Of a stretch of DNA of 64,000 nt, positions 60,099-64,000 are shown one piece after another. The notes beneath the pieces were generated by a model. It made no database searches. It was not told the DNA's origin and worked only from the letters and a program-made list of their open reading frames with translations. The DNA is from Candidatus Multivoradales bacterium (lineage in GTDB: Bacteria; Acidobacteriota; Thermoanaerobaculia; Multivoradales; J023): assembly GCA_965248925.1 (NCBI GenBank), contig CBDFLE010000006.1, positions 224,001 through 288,000 of the forward strand, given 5' to 3'. The position numbers and the translations under genes are program-made. Numbering within the stretch: position 1 is the first letter of the stretch; each line of letters starts with the position of its first letter.

Positions 60099-60326
60099 CT
60101 ACGCTGACAGGGGAATGAGCCTCTCGCGGGCAAGCTCAGCAGCGTAGGCCAGCGTCGCCCGAACGGCCTCGGCGGTCACCGGCGGATACGACACCAGGAT
60201 CTCATCGATGCTCTGTCCCACGGCGAAGTTGTCCAGGATCACCGACACCATGACCCGTGTACCAGCAATACACGGCTTCCCGTGGCAAACACTTGGATCG
60301 ACTGAGATGTATTCACGCCAGTTCAT
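60099..60326 (-). CDS. DUF433-family antitoxin
   Basis: ISVDPSVCHGKPCIAGTRV.VS.ILD...G.S.DEIL..YP....V.A.L.YAA. Confidence 0.9.
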   Translation of the reverse strand: MNWREYISVDPSVCHGKPCIAGTRVMVSVILDNFAVGQSIDEILVSYPPVTAEAVRATLAYAAELARERLIPLSA

Positions 60327-60382
60327 CGGGGAACTCCTCCTTGGCATTTTCTACGGTTCTGCGGCTGCCGTCAAACCGCTCG

Positions 60383-60919
60383 GCACGGCCCCTACTTCTG
60401 GCGGCAGGGCCGGCGACCACCACTTCTTCACGTTCCGAGTCGCCAGCGAAAGTCTCAATGCCAGCAGTGGCGACAGGTCCGGCGACAGGAAGACCGCGGT
60501 GTTCGAGCCAAGGGAAGATCTAAATCTCAATGCCAGCAGTGGCGACAGGTCCGGCGACCCCAAGGCCTTCTCGCCATGCTCTCGACCCACCGAAAGTCTC
60601 AATGCCAGCAGTGGCGACAGGTCCGGCGACTCTGGGATCTGTATCGCTAGCTTGACTACAAGCACGTCTCAATGCCAGCAGTGGCGACAGGTCCGGCGAC
60701 AGTAACTGTAGCGCCGAATCGATCTGTGATTCACTTCGTCTCAATGCCAGCAGTGGCGACAGGTCCGGCGACTGTTTCAAACAACTTGCGAGCATTCCGT
60801 TACGGCGGCGGTCTCAATGCCAGCAGTGGCGACAGGTCCGGCGACTTCCGTACTGCTGATCGCCGACCATGGCGGGACTACAAGGTCTCAATGCCAGCAG
60901 TGGCGACAGGTCCGGCGAC
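60383..60919 (-). CRISPR. CRISPR array: 7 repeats of 35 bp plus 1 degenerate trailer repeat, 7 spacers of 34-39 bp
   Basis: Repeats start at 60452, 60524 (1 mismatch), 60596, 60666, 60738, 60811 and 60885; degenerate copy at 60383..60417. Minus-strand consensus GTCGCCGGACCTGTCGCCACTGCTGGCATTGAGAC. Confidence 0.97.
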
Positions 60920-61225
60920 ATCACCCAGTGGAAACCACGAGAAACAAGCGACTTATGACCCCCAATTCGACGGGTGATCGCAAACCACTGGCGATTACCC
61001 CGTTCTGACCCGATTCTGCTCCGAACCAAGCCTCGCAAACTATTGAATCCACAGCGCTTACCTCCTTCCTGCACATGATCATGTGCATCCTATCCGGCTA
61101 AGTCCTTTGTTCTCTGTCATCTGCGCTCCATTTACGCCTCCTTGTTGGCAATTTCTCCAACCACCCGTCGAAACGAGGGGATCCGCTACCTTCTCTCATC
61201 ACCCTCCGCCGATCCTCAGAGCACC
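60920..61225 (-). promoter_or_regulatory. CRISPR leader
   Basis: Lower-GC non-coding stretch between cas2 and the intact end of the array; the degenerate repeat is at the opposite end. Confidence 0.75.
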
Positions 61226-61519
61226 CTAGCGCACCCTCGCCAGCTCTTCGTCCGGTGGCTCGATATCACCAAAACCGACACTCTTCGCCGCGCAGCGAGA
61301 GCACACCCGGTACATCCGCACCGAGCCGTTCTCCTTGATTCGTAGAACCTTCTTCAGCCGATCCCTCAGCTTGGTCACATCAGCCTCCCGCAAGCGGCAT
61401 TCAAACACCGAGTACTGCACCCGCTCGCCCCAACCCTCGAGCACGTCCGCCACCCTACACCGCACTCGGTCCGAACGGATGTCATAGGTCACCAGCCACA
61501 AGTGAGCTGTCGCTGCCAT
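61226..61519 (-). CDS. cas2: CRISPR-associated endoribonuclease Cas2
   Basis: LVTYDI..DR.R..VA..LE.WG.RVQYSVFEC, SVR.Y..C..C. Confidence 0.95.
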   Translation of the reverse strand: MAATAHLWLVTYDIRSDRVRCRVADVLEGWGERVQYSVFECRLREADVTKLRDRLKKVLRIKENGSVRMYRVCSRCAAKSVGFGDIEPPDEELARVR

Positions 61520-64000
61520 CACGCCGGCCTGACCAGCGGCCGATAGCTATCGAGACGGCCGAGGGCAATCTCACGCAGCGCGACCGCTTGCTCGAAAAGA
61601 AAGCCACGATACGAGACCGCCTCCTCGCTGCCCCGCGGGGTGAAGGTATCCAGCAATCGACGCTCGAAGGCCGTGAGATAACGCTTACGCAGATCGCGCG
61701 ACATCCACACGGCGCCACCAGGCTGTAGCTCGAAGTCTTCCTGCCTGGCCTCGCGGCGGCGCAGCAAGGCCAGCGCCAGGCCGTCGACCAACCAGCGGAA
61801 CTCCTCCTGGATATCCGACGCCAGCGAGGGATAGCGGTCACTCCGCTGGTGATAGATGCCGAGATGCGGATTCAGCCCGGCGCTGACCAGGGCGGTTGCG
61901 GCATGCTGAAATAGCAGGTGATAGCCGAAGGAAAGCAGACTGTTGACCGGATCGGTAGGCGGGCGGCGGCGCCGACCTGAAAACTCGAAGCCAGCTGGCA
62001 AGACCTCGGCAAAGCCGGCGAAATACAAGCGTGCCGCGCGTCCCTCCAAGCCGCGCAGGGTGCCGGTGTCGTCAGCCTCCAGCGCGCTCCGTGCCAGACT
62101 GCGGATGGGCCCGGTCACCCCGCGGCCAAGGCCCAGCCGGGCAAGCTGGCTAGCCTGGTTGCGCAGCTTGCCGGCGACAATCACCCGCGCCACGGCCAGG
62201 GCGCGGCGATCATCGGCGAGCAGCACAGCCTGCGCCTGCCAGATCCGCCAATCAGCCGCCGGTGCTGCCACGCCGGCGCGGATCCGGCCGCGAGCATCGC
62301 ACATATAGGTCGGTACGCCACCGATGGCCAGGCGCTCGACGGCGGTCAGAGTGGCCCGGCCGTGACCGAGAATCGTCAGATGCAGAATACCGGCCAGGGG
62401 CAGCCGCTCCCTGGGGCGCGACGGATGCTCGAGTACCAGGGTTTCCTTCTCCACCCGCATCGATGTTTCATGATCACCGAGATAGAGCGGACGCTTGGCC
62501 GGGAAGGCTTCGCGAGCCGGTCCCAGATCGATGTCCTCTAGCGGCGGCGGGCCGCCCTCGGCGCCGCTGCTCGGCCGGCCGAGGCGGCGCAAACGCTCGA
62601 AGGGTACCGCCGCCAGCCATGACATGGCCGGGGGAGGCACCTCTTCCTGTCGGCGCCCGCCATCGTGCTTCGCCTCGTCGATCACCAGCGAGCGACAGAA
62701 CAGATAGCCGAGATAGCCGAAGCCGTCGGCCATTGAGCGCACTGAGGTCTTGCCCTCGTGCAAGGCCAGGCCCAACTCGCCGAGGGCGCGCCGCGCGACT
62801 TGGTGGGCGCGCTCGGCGGCGGCCAGATCCTTGGTCAGCACTACGAAGTCGTCGGCAAAACGGACCAGACGAAAGCCCTCGCCGAGGATCGCTTCGTCAA
62901 AGCGATCCAGAAAGAGGTTGGCGAGCAGCGGTGAGATCGGCGCCCCCTGCGGCAGACCCCGACTACGGCCGATCCGCCGGCCGTCGAAGTAGACCGGCAC
63001 GGTAATCCAATGGCGAATCACCCGCACCAGCGGCTCGAAGGGGAAGAGCGCATCGAGCACCGCGAAGAGGCGATCCCATTCGACAGTGTCAAAGAACGCT
63101 TCGATATCGGCATCGAGCACATAGCGGTAGCCATCCTCCCAAGCTCGCTGAATGGCGCGCGCCGCGCCCTGCCGGGAGAAACCCCTGCGGTAGGCGAACG
63201 ACTCGTCCTCGAGCATCGAATCGATGGCCGGCAACAGCGCCTGGGCGGCGGCGCGCTGGAGCACCCGATCGGCCGCCGTCGGCACCGCCAGCGGCCGCCA
63301 GCCGCCAGACGGCTTGGGAATCGCGCAGCCGGCGAGAGGTTGCGCCCGGTAGCAGCCGTCGAGCAGCGACCCGGCCAGACTTGCGAGAGCTGGCGGCCCG
63401 AGGTCGGCGAGGGACTGTGGGGATTGGTGGTCAACACCCGCGGCCGACGATTGGGTGGCAACGTGTTCGAGTGCCGTGGCCAGCGCGGCCGGCCTGGCGA
63501 CTTCTTGCAAGTAAGTCCGTGCCGGCCGCCACGGCCCCTCACCGTCCGGGCTGCCGGCGAGGCGGAAGCGACCGAAGCCGTAGCGCACGCTCTGACCCAC
63601 ATGGAGATGCTGCAAGAGGGCCAGGAGAGCGCACCAGTCGGGGGTCAAGCCGGCCAGTTCGAGGGTGCCCACCAGCCCTCCCTTGAGCTGGCCTCGGGGC
63701 CGGCCCGGCTTGCCCCCCGGCCGGCCACGGGTGGGCACATCGAGCCACAGCAGAGCCGCCGGGTCGGCGCGGACGGCCGCTGGCATCGCCGGCACCGCCC
63801 CCGGCGACGGCCGCCCCGCCCGCAGGTCGGCAAAGCGCCGCCAGCAGCGGGCGAGGAATGCACCGGCAGGAAAGTAGGTGCTGTCGAAGTGGCCCTTGGG
63901 GCGCTGCCGCGCGCCCCGCGGACGCGGCCGACGGAGCTCCAGGGGAGAGAGGAACTGCAAGGTGGCCACCCCACGCTCGGCGAGTGCCCGCGCGGTGGCC
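61519..64000 (-). CDS. cas1: Cas6 - reverse transcriptase - Cas1 fusion (5' end beyond the window)
   Basis: Frame open to the window end. Cas6-like FLSPL...GGLVG...HVGQSVRYGFGRF; RT AAGVD, IPK..G..RPL.VP...DR..Q, SFAYR.G, DADIEAFFD, GLPQG..ISP.LANL.L, RFADDF; Cas1 LRGLEG, RRPP.DP.N..LSFGY, G..H, LASD..EEFR. Confidence 0.93.
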   Translation of the reverse strand, partial: ATARALAERGVATLQFLSPLELRRPRPRGARQRPKGHFDSTYFPAGAFLARCWRRFADLRAGRPSPGAVPAMPAAVRADPAALLWLDVPTRGRPGGKPGRPRGQLKGGLVGTLELAGLTPDWCALLALLQHLHVGQSVRYGFGRFRLAGSPDGEGPWRPARTYLQEVARPAALATALEHVATQSSAAGVDHQSPQSLADLGPPALASLAGSLLDGCYRAQPLAGCAIPKPSGGWRPLAVPTAADRVLQRAAAQALLPAIDSMLEDESFAYRRGFSRQGAARAIQRAWEDGYRYVLDADIEAFFDTVEWDRLFAVLDALFPFEPLVRVIRHWITVPVYFDGRRIGRSRGLPQGAPISPLLANLFLDRFDEAILGEGFRLVRFADDFVVLTKDLAAAERAHQVARRALGELGLALHEGKTSVRSMADGFGYLGYLFCRSLVIDEAKHDGGRRQEEVPPPAMSWLAAVPFERLRRLGRPSSGAEGGPPPLEDIDLGPAREAFPAKRPLYLGDHETSMRVEKETLVLEHPSRPRERLPLAGILHLTILGHGRATLTAVERLAIGGVPTYMCDARGRIRAGVAAPAADWRIWQAQAVLLADDRRALAVARVIVAGKLRNQASQLARLGLGRGVTGPIRSLARSALEADDTGTLRGLEGRAARLYFAGFAEVLPAGFEFSGRRRRPPTDPVNSLLSFGYHLLFQHAATALVSAGLNPHLGIYHQRSDRYPSLASDIQEEFRWLVDGLALALLRRREARQEDFELQPGGAVWMSRDLRKRYLTAFERRLLDTFTPRGSEEAVSYRGFLFEQAVALREIALGRLDSYRPLVRPA

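Noticed and set aside
60487-60523. Spacer shares GGAAGACCGCGGT with the WD40 region near 10545 (possible self-targeting)
   Set aside because: Only 13 nt match, which is compatible with chance in GC-rich DNA.
60208-61074. Several ORFs with repeated peptides (LNASSGDRSGD, MPAVATGPAT, SPDLSPLLALR)
   Set aside because: These are translations of the CRISPR repeats, not genes.
61519-63969. RT as a group II intron or retron
   Set aside because: It is fused in frame between Cas6-like and Cas1 domains next to cas2 and an array. No intron or msr/msd structure is evident.

Overview
GC-rich bacterial chromosome segment. Gene style is compatible with an Acidobacteriota/Thermoanaerobaculia-like organism, but that is inference only. 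1-15.9 kb holds signalling and envelope genes: a Ser/Thr kinase-TonB_C fusion, PEGA-OmpA, an ECF sigma/anti-sigma pair, manA, a two-component system, two acyltransferases, a 1416-aa TIR-STAND-WD40 protein, an esterase and a CN-hydrolase. 15.9-31.7 kb is one continuous minus-strand aroDE-hisZGDCBHAF(IE)-trpEGDCFBA superoperon. 32-38 kb holds a degenerate LOV/PAS gene with two uncharacterised paralogs, hisS, and two identical tRNA-His genes flanking an M15 peptidase. Both tRNAs lack the encoded G-1 and carry U72/A73, and the HisRS looks like the matching alphaproteobacterial type. 38-60 kb is accessory: several intact and decayed toxin-antitoxin genes, a lower-GC repeat-flanked island (ECF sigma, kinase-TPR, secreted proteins), a choice-of-anchor-B protein, a haloalkane dehalogenase, two paralogous secreted proteins separated by an ISL3 and an IS3 element, and a frameshifted ETF-QO. 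60.4-64 kb holds a CRISPR array (7 repeats plus 1 degenerate), the leader, cas2 and a Cas6-RT-Cas1 fusion that runs off the window end. Family assignments come from motif recognition by eye; no database searches were run.
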